Shown here: piece after piece, positions 1-9,692 of the stretch
Numbering within the stretch: the first letter of the stretch is position 1
Layout: every line of letters starts with the position of its first letter
Source: an uncultured delta proteobacterium
GTDB taxonomy: Bacteria; Myxococcota; Myxococcia; Myxococcales; Anaeromyxobacteraceae
DNA: 64,000 nt
Direction of reading: 5' to 3'
Assembly (NCBI GenBank): GCA_963845515.1
Contig: CAWJSR010000023.1
Location: forward strand, 160,001 to 224,000
Made by a program: the position numbers and the translations under genes
The notes under the pieces: model-generated
Seen by the model: the letters and a program-made list of their open reading frames with translations, nothing else
Database searches by the model: none
What the model was told of the DNA's origin: nothing

Positions 1-1
1 C

Positions 2-595
2 TCCAAGACGGTCGCCTACGAGATCGCCGAGCAGCTCGGGTGGCGGACGCCGGACGCGGTCATCGCGCCGATGGCCGGAGGCTCGCTGGTCACCAAGATC
101 GACAAGGGCTTCCGCGACTTCGCGAAGGCCGGGCTGATCGACGGCGCGCACCCGAGGATCTACGGCGCTCAGGCGACCGGCTGCTCGCCGATCGTGGACC
201 TGGTGCGGCGCGGCGGCGACAAGATCGAGCCGGTGATCCCGAACACGATCGCCCGCTCCATCGCCATCGGGAACCCCGCCGACGGGCGCTTCGCAGCGAA
301 GGCCATCACCGCCTCGGGCGGCGCGGCCGCCGCGGTGACCGACGACGAGCTGGTGGCCGGGATCCGGCTGCTGGCAGAGACGACCGGGGTCTTCACGGAG
401 ACCGCCGGCGGTGTGACCGTCGCGGCGGCCCTCAAGCTCGCCCGCGAGGGGAAGCTGAAGGCTTCGGACGAGCTGGTCCTCTGCATCACCGGCAACGGCC
501 TCAAGACGATCGAGGCGGTCCAGCCGGCCCTCCCGGCCGCACCCGTCATCCCCCCAAAGCTGGGCGCCGTCGCGGCGCTCGTCGACGCCCGTTAG
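2..595 (+). CDS. Threonine synthase-like PLP enzyme (fold type II), 5'-truncated by window; possible sulfur-carrier-dependent O-phosphohomoserine sulfhydrylase
   Basis: Frame open from base 2: SKTVAYEIAEQLGW..PDAVIAPMAGGSL, AQATGCSPI, TIARSIAIGNPADG, LAETTGVFTE, LCITGNGLKT; directly upstream of a sulfur carrier. Confidence 0.85.
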   Translation, partial: SKTVAYEIAEQLGWRTPDAVIAPMAGGSLVTKIDKGFRDFAKAGLIDGAHPRIYGAQATGCSPIVDLVRRGGDKIEPVIPNTIARSIAIGNPADGRFAAKAITASGGAAAAVTDDELVAGIRLLAETTGVFTETAGGVTVAAALKLAREGKLKASDELVLCITGNGLKTIEAVQPALPAAPVIPPKLGAVAALVDAR

Positions 596-613
596 TAGAA
601 CCAGGAGAACGCC

Positions 614-889
614 ATGTCAGTCACAGTGAGAATCCCTACCGTGCTTGCCCGCGCCGCGGGCGGCAAGACCACCCACGAGGCCACCGGCGCCACCGTCGGC
701 GAGGTGGTGAGCGCGATCGCGGCGCTCCACCCAGACCTCGGCACGAAGCTGCGTGACGCGAAGGGGGAGCCCTATCCCTACGTCGTCTTCTACCTGAACG
801 ACGAGGACATCCGGTTCCAGAAGGGCTTCGCCACGCCCGTCGCGGACGGCGCCGAGATCGTCGTCGTCCCAGCCATCGCCGGAGGGTAG
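614..889 (+). CDS. MoaD/ThiS/CysO-family ubiquitin-like sulfur carrier
   Basis: 91 aa, V.IPT.L start, YLNDEDIRF, C-terminal PAIAGG; GGAG RBS. Confidence 0.93.
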   Translation: MSVTVRIPTVLARAAGGKTTHEATGATVGEVVSAIAALHPDLGTKLRDAKGEPYPYVVFYLNDEDIRFQKGFATPVADGAEIVVVPAIAGG

Positions 890-891
890 CC

Positions 892-2055
892 ATGCCGCTC
901 GGACGCCCTGCCGCTGAGCTGCCGAAGCTCTCGAAGGAGGAGATCCTCCGCTATGGCCGCCACCTCATCATCCCGGACGTCGGGGTCACCGGCCAGCGCA
1001 GGCTGAAGGACGCGAAGGTCCTGATGGTCGGCGCGGGCGGGCTCGGCTCTCCCATCGGCCTCTACCTGGCCGCCGCCGGCGTCGGGACGCTCGGCATAGT
1101 CGAGTTCGACATCGTCGACGAGACGAACTTGCAGCGGCAGATCCTGCACGGCACGAAGGACGTCGGGCGCAAGAAGCTCGACTCGGCCCGCGACCGGATC
1201 CACGACGTGAACCCGAACGTGAAGGTGATTGGGCACGACACGCGGTTCGACGCGAGCAACGCGCTGGAGCTCGTGCGCGACTACGACCTGGTGGTGGACG
1301 GGACCGACAACTTCGCCGCCCGGTACCTCACCAACGACGCCTGCGTGCTGCTCGGCAGGCCGAACGTCTACGGGTCGATCTTCCGGTTCGAGGGGCAGGC
1401 GTCCGTCTTCTGCACGAAGGACGGCCCGTGCTTCCGCTGCCTCCACCGTGATCCCCCGCCGCCGGGCGCCGTTCCGTCCTGCGCCGAGGGTGGCGTGCTG
1501 GGCGTGCTGCCGGGGCTCCTCGGCGTGATCCAGGCGACCGAGGCGGTGAAGCTCATCACCGGGATCGGCCAGTCGCTCATCGGCCGGTTGCTCCTGGTCG
1601 ACGCGCTCCAGATGTCCTTCAGGACCGTGAAGCTGCGCCGAGACCCGGACTGCCCGGCCTGCGGCAAGCGGACGATCACGTCGCTCGTCGAGTACACGCA
1701 ACTCTGCGGGATCGCCAGCCACGCCGACGACTCGGACGTGCCGACCATCGAGCCCGGCGAGCTGGAGCAGCGGCTCCGGCGCGGTGACCGGATCGACCTC
1801 ATCGACGTCCGCGAGCCGAACGAATGGGAGATCGGCCGGATCGACGGGGCGCGGCTCGCGCCGCTAGACGACTTCGCCGAGACGCTGGCGACGCTCGATC
1901 TCGAGCGGGACGTCGTCGTCTACTGCAAGGTGGGGGGCCGGAGCGCGAAGGCGGTGCGGCAGCTCCAGGCGGCCGGCTACAACCGGGTCTGGAACCTGGC
2001 CGGCGGGATCAACCGCTGGAGCGAGGAGATCGATCCCACGGTGCCGAGGTACTGA
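892..2055 (+). CDS. moeZ: MoeB/MoeZ sulfur-carrier adenylyltransferase with C-terminal rhodanese
   Basis: RYGRHL, GAGGLG, NLQRQ, DGTDNF, CFRC, PSCAEGGVLG; rhodanese DVREPNE..YCKVGGRS. Confidence 0.93.
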   Translation: MPLGRPAAELPKLSKEEILRYGRHLIIPDVGVTGQRRLKDAKVLMVGAGGLGSPIGLYLAAAGVGTLGIVEFDIVDETNLQRQILHGTKDVGRKKLDSARDRIHDVNPNVKVIGHDTRFDASNALELVRDYDLVVDGTDNFAARYLTNDACVLLGRPNVYGSIFRFEGQASVFCTKDGPCFRCLHRDPPPPGAVPSCAEGGVLGVLPGLLGVIQATEAVKLITGIGQSLIGRLLLVDALQMSFRTVKLRRDPDCPACGKRTITSLVEYTQLCGIASHADDSDVPTIEPGELEQRLRRGDRIDLIDVREPNEWEIGRIDGARLAPLDDFAETLATLDLERDVVVYCKVGGRSAKAVRQLQAAGYNRVWNLAGGINRWSEEIDPTVPRY

Positions 2056-2058
2056 CCT

Positions 2059-2529
2059 ATGAGTCCGGAGAAGCCGCAGCGCACCGCCCCGGTCGTCGAC
2101 GCCAGGGCCAGCCGCCTGGCCCAGGGCTTCACGGCCTTGCTCGTGGTCCTGGCGCTGGCCACGGGGATCTGGGAGCTCCTGGCCCTGCCCGTGGCGCACC
2201 TGGTCAGCTCGCTCGTGATCGGCAAGCGGGGCAACGCCGCGCTCGTCGCCTTCGACGCGATCCTCGCGCCGCGCCTCGGTCCGGGGGAGCTGAAGGACGC
2301 GCGCCCGCCCCGGTTCGCGAACCTGGTCGGCGCCCTCTTCCTGGCCGGCGCGATCGGCGCCCACCTCGCAGGGCTCGCCTGGCTCGGCTGGGCGCTCGCG
2401 GCGGTCGTGGCGATCCTCGCGGCCCTCGCGGCGACCACCGGCTTCTGCCTCGGCTGCAGGATCTACCTGCTCTACCGCCACGTCGCGCCCCACCTCCACC
2501 ACCGTACGGATCCGACGCACGCCGGCTGA
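2059..2529 (+). CDS. DUF4395-like membrane protein
   Basis: VDARASR, RPPRFA.LVG, TGFCLGCRIY; hydrophobic; family often lies near rhodanese genes. Confidence 0.75.
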   Translation: MSPEKPQRTAPVVDARASRLAQGFTALLVVLALATGIWELLALPVAHLVSSLVIGKRGNAALVAFDAILAPRLGPGELKDARPPRFANLVGALFLAGAIGAHLAGLAWLGWALAAVVAILAALAATTGFCLGCRIYLLYRHVAPHLHHRTDPTHAG

Positions 2530-2533
2530 CCCA

Positions 2534-3490
2534 GTGAAACCTCCGACGCGCCGACTGGCGCATCCTCCGATCGAATCTCTGCTGGGCGCGGTCGGCAACA
2601 CGCCGCTCGTGCGGCTCCGCCGCATCGGCGACGGCCTGCCCGGAGTCCGGATCTACGCGAAGGCCGAGTTCATGAACCCCGGCGGCTCGGTGAAGGACCG
2701 GGCCGCGCTCCGGATGATAGAGGTCGCGCTCGCAGATGGCAGCTTCGATCCCAGCCGGACGCTCATCGACTCGACGAGCGGCAACACCGGGATCGCCTAC
2801 GCCTGGATCTGCAGGGCCCTGGGGCTGCGCTGCACCCTCGTGATGCCCGGCAACGTGAGCGCGCCGCGCAAGCAGACCGCGACGGCGTACGGCGCCCAGG
2901 TGGTCTTCTCGGATCCGCTGGAGGGGTCGGATGGAGCCATCCTCCGAGTCCGCGAGCTGATCGCCGCCGCGCCGGAGCGCTGGTTCTATCCGGACCAGTA
3001 CGCGAACCCAGAGAATCCACGCGCGCACGAGCTCGGGACGGCGGTGGAGATCGCCGAGGCGCTCGACGGCAAGGTCGCCGCCTTCGTCGCCGGGATGGGG
3101 ACGAGCGGGACGATCATGGGGACGACCCGTGGCCTCCGAAGGCTGGTCCCCGGCGTCCGCTGCCACGGCGTGGAGCCGGCCGAGCCACTCCACGGCCTGG
3201 AGGGGCTCAAGCACATGGCCACCTCCATCGTCCCCCCCATCTACGACCCGTCGCAGCTCGACTCCGTGATCTCGGTGCCGACCGCCGACGGCTGGGCCAT
3301 GGCGGACCGGCTGGGCGCTGAGGAGGGGATCTTCGTCGGCCACTCTGCCGGGGCCGCGGTCGCAGGTGCGCTCATCGTGGCCACGCAGATGGCCGAACGT
3401 GGTGAGAGCGGAAACGTCGTGACGGTCCTGCCCGATCGTGCCGACCGCTACTTCGATCCCGCCAGCTGGGAGAGGATCAGGGGGCGATGA
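2534..3490 (+). CDS. cysM: PLP-dependent cysteine synthase (CysM type)
   Basis: VGNTPLV, NPGGSVKDR, STSGNTG, DQYANPEN, GMGTSGT, GLEGLK; GTG start. Confidence 0.88.
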   Translation: MKPPTRRLAHPPIESLLGAVGNTPLVRLRRIGDGLPGVRIYAKAEFMNPGGSVKDRAALRMIEVALADGSFDPSRTLIDSTSGNTGIAYAWICRALGLRCTLVMPGNVSAPRKQTATAYGAQVVFSDPLEGSDGAILRVRELIAAAPERWFYPDQYANPENPRAHELGTAVEIAEALDGKVAAFVAGMGTSGTIMGTTRGLRRLVPGVRCHGVEPAEPLHGLEGLKHMATSIVPPIYDPSQLDSVISVPTADGWAMADRLGAEEGIFVGHSAGAAVAGALIVATQMAERGESGNVVTVLPDRADRYFDPASWERIRGR

Positions 3491-3933
3491 CCGCGCGCTC
3501 GTATCCCCCGGACCTCCTCGCCCGGATCTCGGCCCTCTGCGAGGGGGACCCGGAGCGCGAGGTCTGCGGCTTCGTCGTCCGAAAGGGAGAGGCGCTGGAC
3601 GTCGTCCCGGTGGAGAACGTGGCCGACAGGTACCACGAGCGCGATCCGGCGGCCTTCCCGCGGACGAGCCGCGACGGCTACCTGATGGACCCGCGCGCCC
3701 AGCTCAAGGTCCACGTGGCGCTCGCGTCGGACGGCGAGATCGTCGCCGTCTGGCACTCGCACGTCGAGGTGGGGGCCTACTTCTCGGAGAAGGACCGTGC
3801 CGACGCGCTGGTGGATGGCACCCAGGTCATCCCCGGCGCCGAGTACCTGGTCTTCGGCGTGCGCGGGGGGCGGGTGACGGAGGTGAAGCGATACCGGTTC
3901 GAGGGGGGCGCCTTCGTGGAGAGCCCGCCCTAG
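3487..3933 (+). CDS. mec: JAMM/M67 metallopeptidase (Mec-like)
   Basis: EVCG, WHSH, YFSEKD JAMM motif; in CysO/MoeZ/CysM context. Confidence 0.85.
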   Translation: MTARSYPPDLLARISALCEGDPEREVCGFVVRKGEALDVVPVENVADRYHERDPAAFPRTSRDGYLMDPRAQLKVHVALASDGEIVAVWHSHVEVGAYFSEKDRADALVDGTQVIPGAEYLVFGVRGGRVTEVKRYRFEGGAFVESPP

Positions 3934-4556
3934 AGCGAGAACCCGAGGCGCAACGCCACGCCGAGCTGCGTGCCTCCCAGCTCGTAGGTTCCGGTCCCGC
4001 TCCCGCTGGCCAGCGTCACCGGGACGTCCGTGCTGTTCACGTCCCAGCGCGCGAAGCCCCAGACCCCGAGCAGGAAGTTGCCCTGCTCGCCGAGGTGAAG
4101 CGCGATCCCCGGGCGCAGCCCTACGTACGCCAGCCAGTCCGAGCGGTTGGAGTCCACGATCACGTCGGGGTTGTAGAGGGCATCGCCGTACCGGTGGCCA
4201 CCCAGCTCGGCGAGCGCGTCGATCTGAAGGCTTCCCAGCATGAGGTTCAGGCCGGCGAGGGCGGCGATCGCGGTGGTGGTGTTCTCACGGCCGGGGCGCC
4301 CCACCTCGACGAGGGCACCCGCGTCGAGCATCCCAAGGCGCAGGATCCCGGTGACGCCGTACGACTGCGACGCGTCCCGCAGCTGCTGGGCGTCGGTGAA
4401 GGAGGTGCTGGAGAGGCCGCTCTTGAAGCCGACCGAGTCGTACTTGTCCACGCCGCCATGGACGGTGAGGTCGAAGCCGATACCATCGGCGAGCGCTGGA
4501 CCTGCTCCGAGGACGACTGCGAGCGCCAGGACGCTGCGAGCGACATGGGAGATCAT
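3930..4556 (-). CDS. Exported hypothetical protein, probable small outer-membrane beta-barrel
   Basis: Signal peptide MISHVARSVLALAVVLGAGPALA; alternating beta pattern; ends LRLGFSL. Confidence 0.6.
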   Translation of the reverse strand: MISHVARSVLALAVVLGAGPALADGIGFDLTVHGGVDKYDSVGFKSGLSSTSFTDAQQLRDASQSYGVTGILRLGMLDAGALVEVGRPGRENTTTAIAALAGLNLMLGSLQIDALAELGGHRYGDALYNPDVIVDSNRSDWLAYVGLRPGIALHLGEQGNFLLGVWGFARWDVNSTDVPVTLASGSGTGTYELGGTQLGVALRLGFSL

Positions 4557-4773
4557 CTGCGTGCTCCTTCCGGGAGGATGTGGGTTCCGGATCGGATCCG
4601 CAGAACAGTTAAGTAGCGGCGCCCTGCCGTGCCATCGGCTACCTTGGGGCCCCTTTGCCCGGCAGCCCTTCACGGGTCGGATGCGGGTTCGCTGCATCGC
4701 GCCGGGGGCCGATTTCCGGCCCCATCCCCCCTTCGCGGCCTGTCCCCTCCATCAGCCTAGACCGGACCTCCGT

Positions 4774-4803
4774 TTGACAAGACGGCGTTCCGTTATCTAG
4801 GAT
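4774..4803 (+). promoter_or_regulatory. sigma70-like promoter of cysD with overlapping 14-bp sulfur box
   Basis: TTGACA 4774-4779, TAGGAT 4798-4803, TCCGTTATCTAGGA 4789-4802. Confidence 0.75.
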
Positions 4804-4812
4804 GCGTCCGTC

Positions 4813-5826
4813 ATGGCAGACCCAAATCCAGTACCACGGCGTGCCGTGGAGTCACCACCCCCGTCCCGCACCGGTCACGGCGACGCCGCAGCGGCCCCGT
4901 CTCCGGCCACGGCTCCGGCGAGGGCCGCCGCCGGCCTCTCGCACCTCGACTGGCTCGAGGCCGAGGCGATCCACGTGCTCCGCGAGGTGGCCGGGCAGTG
5001 CGCCAACGCCGTGCTGCTCTTCTCGGGCGGCAAGGACTCGGTCTGCCTGCTGCGGCTCGCGGAGAAGGCCTTCCGCCCGGCGCGCTTCCCGTTCCCGCTC
5101 CTCCACATCGACACCGGCCACAACTACGCCGAGGTGACGGAGTTCCGCGATCGGCGAGCGGCGGAGCTCGGGGAGCGGCTCATCGTCCGGTCCCTCGAGG
5201 ACTCCATCCGGCGGGGACGGATCGTCCTCAAGAGCCCCAGCGAGCCGCGGAACAAGCACCAGTCGGTCACGCTGCTCGACGCCATCGCCGAGCACGAGTT
5301 CGACGCCTGCATCGGCGGCGCGCGGCGCGACGAGGAGAAGGCGCGGGCCAAGGAGCGTGTCTTCTCCTTCCGCGACGAGTTCGGCCAGTGGGACCCGAAG
5401 AACCAGCGGCCGGAGCTCTGGAGCCTCTACAACGCGAGGATCCACAAGGGGGAGAACATCCGCGCCTTCCCGATCTCCAACTGGACCGAGCTGGACGTCT
5501 GGCAGTACATCGCGCGCGAGCAGCTCGCGCTGCCGTCGATCTACTTCGCCCACCGGCGCGAGGTGGTCCGGCGCGGCGGCGCGCTCGTCCCGGTCACGCC
5601 ACTCACTCCTCCACGGGCGGGTGAGACCGTCGAGATCGTCTCCGTCCGCTTCCGGACCGTCGGCGACATCACCTGCACCGCCCCGGTGGAGTCGACCGCG
5701 ACGACCGTCGAGGAGATCGTCGCAGAGACGGCCACGACCACCGTCACCGAGCGGGGCGCGACGCGCCTCGACGACCAGACCTCCGAGGCCTCGATGGAGC
5801 AGCGCAAGAAGGAGGGGTACTTCTAA
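4813..5826 (+). CDS. cysD: Sulfate adenylyltransferase subunit 2
   Basis: LFSGGKDS, HIDTGHN, GGARRDEEKARAKER, WDPKNQRPELW, MEQRKKEGYF. Confidence 0.97.
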   Translation: MADPNPVPRRAVESPPPSRTGHGDAAAAPSPATAPARAAAGLSHLDWLEAEAIHVLREVAGQCANAVLLFSGGKDSVCLLRLAEKAFRPARFPFPLLHIDTGHNYAEVTEFRDRRAAELGERLIVRSLEDSIRRGRIVLKSPSEPRNKHQSVTLLDAIAEHEFDACIGGARRDEEKARAKERVFSFRDEFGQWDPKNQRPELWSLYNARIHKGENIRAFPISNWTELDVWQYIAREQLALPSIYFAHRREVVRRGGALVPVTPLTPPRAGETVEIVSVRFRTVGDITCTAPVESTATTVEEIVAETATTTVTERGATRLDDQTSEASMEQRKKEGYF

Positions 5827-7109
5827 TGGCCCAGGCCGCAACCTCGACGCCGCGCCAGGGCTCCGCCCGCGACGGCCTCCTCCGCTTCCTGACCGCCGGG
5901 AGCGTCGACGACGGGAAGAGCACGCTCATCGGGCGACTCCTCCACGACACCCGCTCGATCCTGGCCGACGCGCTCCACGCCATCGAGAAGACCTCGAAGA
6001 AGCGCGGCCACGAGGTGGTGGACCTCTCGCTCCTCACCGACGGCCTGCAGGCCGAGCGGGAGCAGGGGATCACCATCGACGTCGCCTACCGCTACTTCTC
6101 GACCGGCACCCGCAAGTTCATCATCGCGGACTCCCCTGGCCACGAGCAGTACACGCGCAACATGGTGACGGCCGCGTCGACCGCCAGCCTGGCCGTGATC
6201 CTGGTGGACGCGCGCAAGGGGGTCGTGACGCAGACGCGCCGCCACTCCTACCTCGCGCACCTCCTGGCGATTCCTCACCTCGTCGTCGCCGTGAACAAGA
6301 TGGATCTCGTCGGCTGGTCGCGCGAGACCTTCGACCGGATCGCCGCGGACTACCGCGACTTCGCGGCGAGGCTCGGGATCGGTGACGTCCGCTTCGTCCC
6401 CATCTCCGCTCTGCAGGGGGACATGGTCGTGGAGCGCGGGGCCAACCTCGGCTGGTACGAGGGGCCGACCCTCCTGGAGCTCCTCGAGGCCGCGCCCGCC
6501 GACGACGCGGAGCGCCCCGCTCGCTTCCGCTTCCCGGTCCAGTGGGTCTGCAGGCCGCAGAGCGCCGGGTTCCACGACTTCCGCGGCTACGCCGGGCGCG
6601 TCGAGTCGGGGATCGTGGCGGTGGGGGACGAGGTGCAGCACCTCCCGTCCGGCAGGACCGCGCGCGTGAAGGAGATCCGGCTGGGGGAGCGGCAGCTCGA
6701 CTCCGCAGCCAGCGAGCAGTCCGTGACGATCCTGCTCGACCGGGAGCTCGACATCTCCCGCGGTGACCTGCTCGTCCGGGCGGGCGAGGCACCGGCCCCG
6801 GCGAAGACGCTCGACGCCATCCTCTGCTGGCTCCACGAGCGGCCGCTGGAGTCCGGTCGCCGCTACCTCGTCAGGCACACCACCCGCGAGGCGAAGGCGG
6901 CGCTCGCCGGGATCGAGTGGCGGATCGACGTGAACACGCTGGAGCGCGGCGCGGCGTCGAGCCTGGCGCTCAACGACATCGCGCGAGTCTCCCTGAAGCT
7001 CGCGCAGCCGGTCTTCGCAGATCCGTACGCCGAGAACCGGGCGACGGGGGCCTTCATCGTCGTCGACGAGGCGACCAACGACACAGTCGGAGCGGGGATG
7101 ATCCTGTGA
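5826..7109 (+). CDS. cysN: Sulfate adenylyltransferase subunit 1 (GTPase), no CysC domain
   Basis: GSVDDGKSTLIGRLL, EREQGITIDVAYRYF, PGHEQYTRNM, NKMD, TVGAGMI. Confidence 0.97.
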   Translation: MAQAATSTPRQGSARDGLLRFLTAGSVDDGKSTLIGRLLHDTRSILADALHAIEKTSKKRGHEVVDLSLLTDGLQAEREQGITIDVAYRYFSTGTRKFIIADSPGHEQYTRNMVTAASTASLAVILVDARKGVVTQTRRHSYLAHLLAIPHLVVAVNKMDLVGWSRETFDRIAADYRDFAARLGIGDVRFVPISALQGDMVVERGANLGWYEGPTLLELLEAAPADDAERPARFRFPVQWVCRPQSAGFHDFRGYAGRVESGIVAVGDEVQHLPSGRTARVKEIRLGERQLDSAASEQSVTILLDRELDISRGDLLVRAGEAPAPAKTLDAILCWLHERPLESGRRYLVRHTTREAKAALAGIEWRIDVNTLERGAASSLALNDIARVSLKLAQPVFADPYAENRATGAFIVVDEATNDTVGAGMIL

Positions 7110-7873
7110 GCGCCACCGTGACGAGAGAGCAGATTGCCCGCTGGGCGGAGGAGCTGGAGGGGCGCTCCCCCGGGGAGATCCTGGCGGCGGTGGCGCCCAG
7201 CTTCCCGGGGAGGATCTCGCTCGCGACCAGCTTCGGGCCCGAGGACAACGTGCTGCTGGAGCTCATCGCGCGGGAGAGGCTGGCGGTCGGCGCCTTCACC
7301 CTCGACACAGGCTTCCTCTTCGCCGAGACCTACGCGCTCTGGGCGAAGCTCGAGGAGCGGTACGGCCTGAAGGTCACGGCCGTGACCTCCGACGCGCCGC
7401 GCACGGTCGAGCCGGGGAAGGCGCCGCCGTGGCAGGCCGATCCCGATGGCTGCTGCGACGCCCGCAAGGTGCGGCCGCTCCGCGCCGCGCTGGCGACGCT
7501 GGACGCGTGGGTCACCGGGATCCGGCGCGACCAGACGCCTGAGCGGGCCAACGCCAGGGTGGTCGAGTGGGATGCCCGCTTCGGCCTCGTGAAGGTGAAC
7601 CCGCTCGCCGCCTGGACGAGCGACGACGTCTGGTCTCATCTCAAGCGGCTCGAGATCCCCTTCAACCCGCTGCACGAGCAGGGGTTCTCCAGCATCGGCT
7701 GCGCTCCCTGCACGACCCCCGTGATGCCGGGCGAGGATCCCCGCTCCGGCCGCTGGCGTGGGCGGGAGAAGACGGAGTGCGGGCTTCATCTGAGAGCGGC
7801 CCCCTCACCCAGCCTCTCCCCCGCGGGAGCGGGGGAGAGGGACGACGGCCTTGGGGAAGGCGACCAGCGATGA
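7106..7873 (+). CDS. cysH: APS/PAPS reductase, FeS-containing APS-reductase type
   Basis: LDTGFLF.ET, CCDARKVRPL, TGIRRDQ, SIGCAPCT, RSGRW, ECGLH; GTG overlaps the cysN stop. Confidence 0.93.
   Translation: MSATVTREQIARWAEELEGRSPGEILAAVAPSFPGRISLATSFGPEDNVLLELIARERLAVGAFTLDTGFLFAETYALWAKLEERYGLKVTAVTSDAPRTVEPGKAPPWQADPDGCCDARKVRPLRAALATLDAWVTGIRRDQTPERANARVVEWDARFGLVKVNPLAAWTSDDVWSHLKRLEIPFNPLHEQGFSSIGCAPCTTPVMPGEDPRSGRWRGREKTECGLHLRAAPSPSLSPAGAGERDDGLGEGDQR
7800..7841. repeat. 42-bp palindromic repeat (BoxC/RPE-like), copy 1, inside the cysH 3' end
   Basis: CCCCCTCACCCAGCCTCTCCCCCGCGGGAGCGGGGGAGAGGG, identical to 8755-8796. Confidence 0.9.
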
Positions 7874-8700
7874 CCGCGCGCTCGCGGGGCGTCCTGCCCG
7901 GCTTCGGCCTCTCGACCGGCTTCACGATCCTCTACCTGAGCCTCGTGGTCCTCCTGCCGCTCTCGACGCTGGCCTTCCGGGCCAGCGGTGCCGGCTGGGA
8001 CCACGCGCTCGCGGTCGCGGCCTCGTCGCGCGCGTTCGCCTCCTACCGGCTCAGCTTCGGCGCCTCCTTCGTCGCGGCGGCGGCCAACGTCCTCTTCGGC
8101 GTGCTGGTCGCCTGGGTGCTGGCGCGCTACCGGTTCCCCGGGCGGAGCCTCATCGACGGCGTCGTCGACCTTCCCTTCGCGCTGCCGACAGCCGTGAGCG
8201 GCATCGCCCTGACGGCCGTCTACGCGCAGAACGGGTGGATCGGGCGCCATCTCGACAGGCTGGGGATCAAGGCCACCTTCTCGCCGCTGGGCGTAGTCAT
8301 CGCCCTCACCTTCATCGGCCTCCCCTTCGTCATCCGGACGGTCCAGCCGGTGCTGGAGGACCTCGACCCCGAGCTGGAGGAGGCGGCGGCGGTGCTCGGC
8401 GCGTCGCGCTGGCAGACCTTCCGGCGCGTGATCCTGCCGGCGATCGTCCCAGCGGCGCTCACCGGCTTCACGCTCGCCTTCGCGCGGGCGCTCGGCGAGT
8501 ACGGCTCGGTCGTCTTCATCTCCGGGAACATGCCGGCGCGGACCGAGATCGCGCCGCTCCTGATCATGACGAGGCTGGAACAGTTCGACTACGAGGGGGC
8601 CGCAGTCATCGCGACGGTGCTCCTCGCCGCCTCCTTCGTGCTCCTCTTCTCCATCAACCGGCTGCAGGCCTGGACGCGGGCCAGGACGGGCAGGGCATGA
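7870..8700 (+). CDS. cysT: Sulfate ABC permease CysT
   Basis: VLPGFGLS.GFT, DLPFALPTAVSGI, EEAAAVLGA, FARALGEYGSV. Confidence 0.95.
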   Translation: MTARSRGVLPGFGLSTGFTILYLSLVVLLPLSTLAFRASGAGWDHALAVAASSRAFASYRLSFGASFVAAAANVLFGVLVAWVLARYRFPGRSLIDGVVDLPFALPTAVSGIALTAVYAQNGWIGRHLDRLGIKATFSPLGVVIALTFIGLPFVIRTVQPVLEDLDPELEEAAAVLGASRWQTFRRVILPAIVPAALTGFTLAFARALGEYGSVVFISGNMPARTEIAPLLIMTRLEQFDYEGAAVIATVLLAASFVLLFSINRLQAWTRARTGRA

Positions 8701-9692
8701 GCGACACCGGCCTCGCAGCTCGACGCTCTCCAGCGCCCGAGGTGGGCGAGCGCTCCCCCTCACCCAGCCTCTCCCCCGCGGGAGCGGGGGAGAGGGGTGG
8801 TCCGCTCGTTGGCGAGTGGGCTCCATGCGGGGCTCCCCGGCCGCGTCTGCTGCGCGCCACGGAGGATCCGCCCTGGGTGCGCCGGGGGCTGATCGGCGGG
8901 GCGCTCGTCTTCCTCGCCGCCTTCATCTTCGTCCCGGCGGCCGCGGTGCTCTACGAGGCGCTCAAGGGCGGCACGGCGCTCTGGCTAGAGGCCCTCCGCG
9001 ATCCGGACGCGCTCTCGGCGATAAAGCTCACGCTGACCGTGGCCGCGATCTCGGTGCCGCTCAATACGCTCTTCGGCCTCGCGGCGGCCTGGTCGGTGAC
9101 GCGGTTCCGCTACCGCGGAAAGAACCTGCTTGTCTCCCTGATAGACCTCCCCTTCGGCGTCTCGCCGGTGATCTCCGGCATGGTGACCATCCTCCTCTTC
9201 GGCGCGCACGGCTGGTTCGGCCCGTGGCTCATCGAGCACGGCTACAAGATCGTCTTCGCCGTGCCAGGGATCGCCCTCGCCACGGTCTTCGTCACCTTCC
9301 CCTTCGTGGCGCGCGAGCTGATCCCGTTCATGGAGGCGCAGGGGCTCGAGGAGGAGGAGGCAGCGCACGTCCTCGGCGCGAGCGGCTGGCAGATCTTCAC
9401 TCGCGTCACGCTCCCGAACATCAAGTGGAGCCTCCTCTACGGCGTGATCCTCTGCAACGCCAGGGCGATGGGTGAGTTCGGCGCGGTCTCGGTGGTCTCT
9501 GGCCACATCCGCGGCGAGACCAACACCATCCCGCTTCACGTCGAGATCCTCTACAGCGAGTACCAGTTCCAGGCGGCCTTCGCCGTCGCATCCCTCCTCT
9601 TCCTCCTGGCGCTCGGCACGGTCGTCGTGAAGAAGGCGCTCGAGTGGAAGCAGGAGGCGGAACGCGCAGCCGCCAAACGGAGCAGCACATGA
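8697..9692 (+). CDS. cysW: Sulfate ABC permease CysW (start uncertain; N-terminal extension contains the repeat)
   Basis: [46 protein letters not shown]. Confidence 0.93.
   Translation: MSDTGLAARRSPAPEVGERSPSPSLSPAGAGERGGPLVGEWAPCGAPRPRLLRATEDPPWVRRGLIGGALVFLAAFIFVPAAAVLYEALKGGTALWLEALRDPDALSAIKLTLTVAAISVPLNTLFGLAAAWSVTRFRYRGKNLLVSLIDLPFGVSPVISGMVTILLFGAHGWFGPWLIEHGYKIVFAVPGIALATVFVTFPFVARELIPFMEAQGLEEEEAAHVLGASGWQIFTRVTLPNIKWSLLYGVILCNARAMGEFGAVSVVSGHIRGETNTIPLHVEILYSEYQFQAAFAVASLLFLLALGTVVVKKALEWKQEAERAAAKRSST
8755..8796. repeat. 42-bp palindromic repeat, copy 2, in the cysW 5' region
   Basis: Identical to 7800-7841; reads [13 protein letters not shown] in frame. Confidence 0.9.

Noticed and set aside
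4620..4634. sigma54 promoter TGGCACG upstream of the beta-barrel gene
   Set aside because: GC element is spaced one base short and lacks TT
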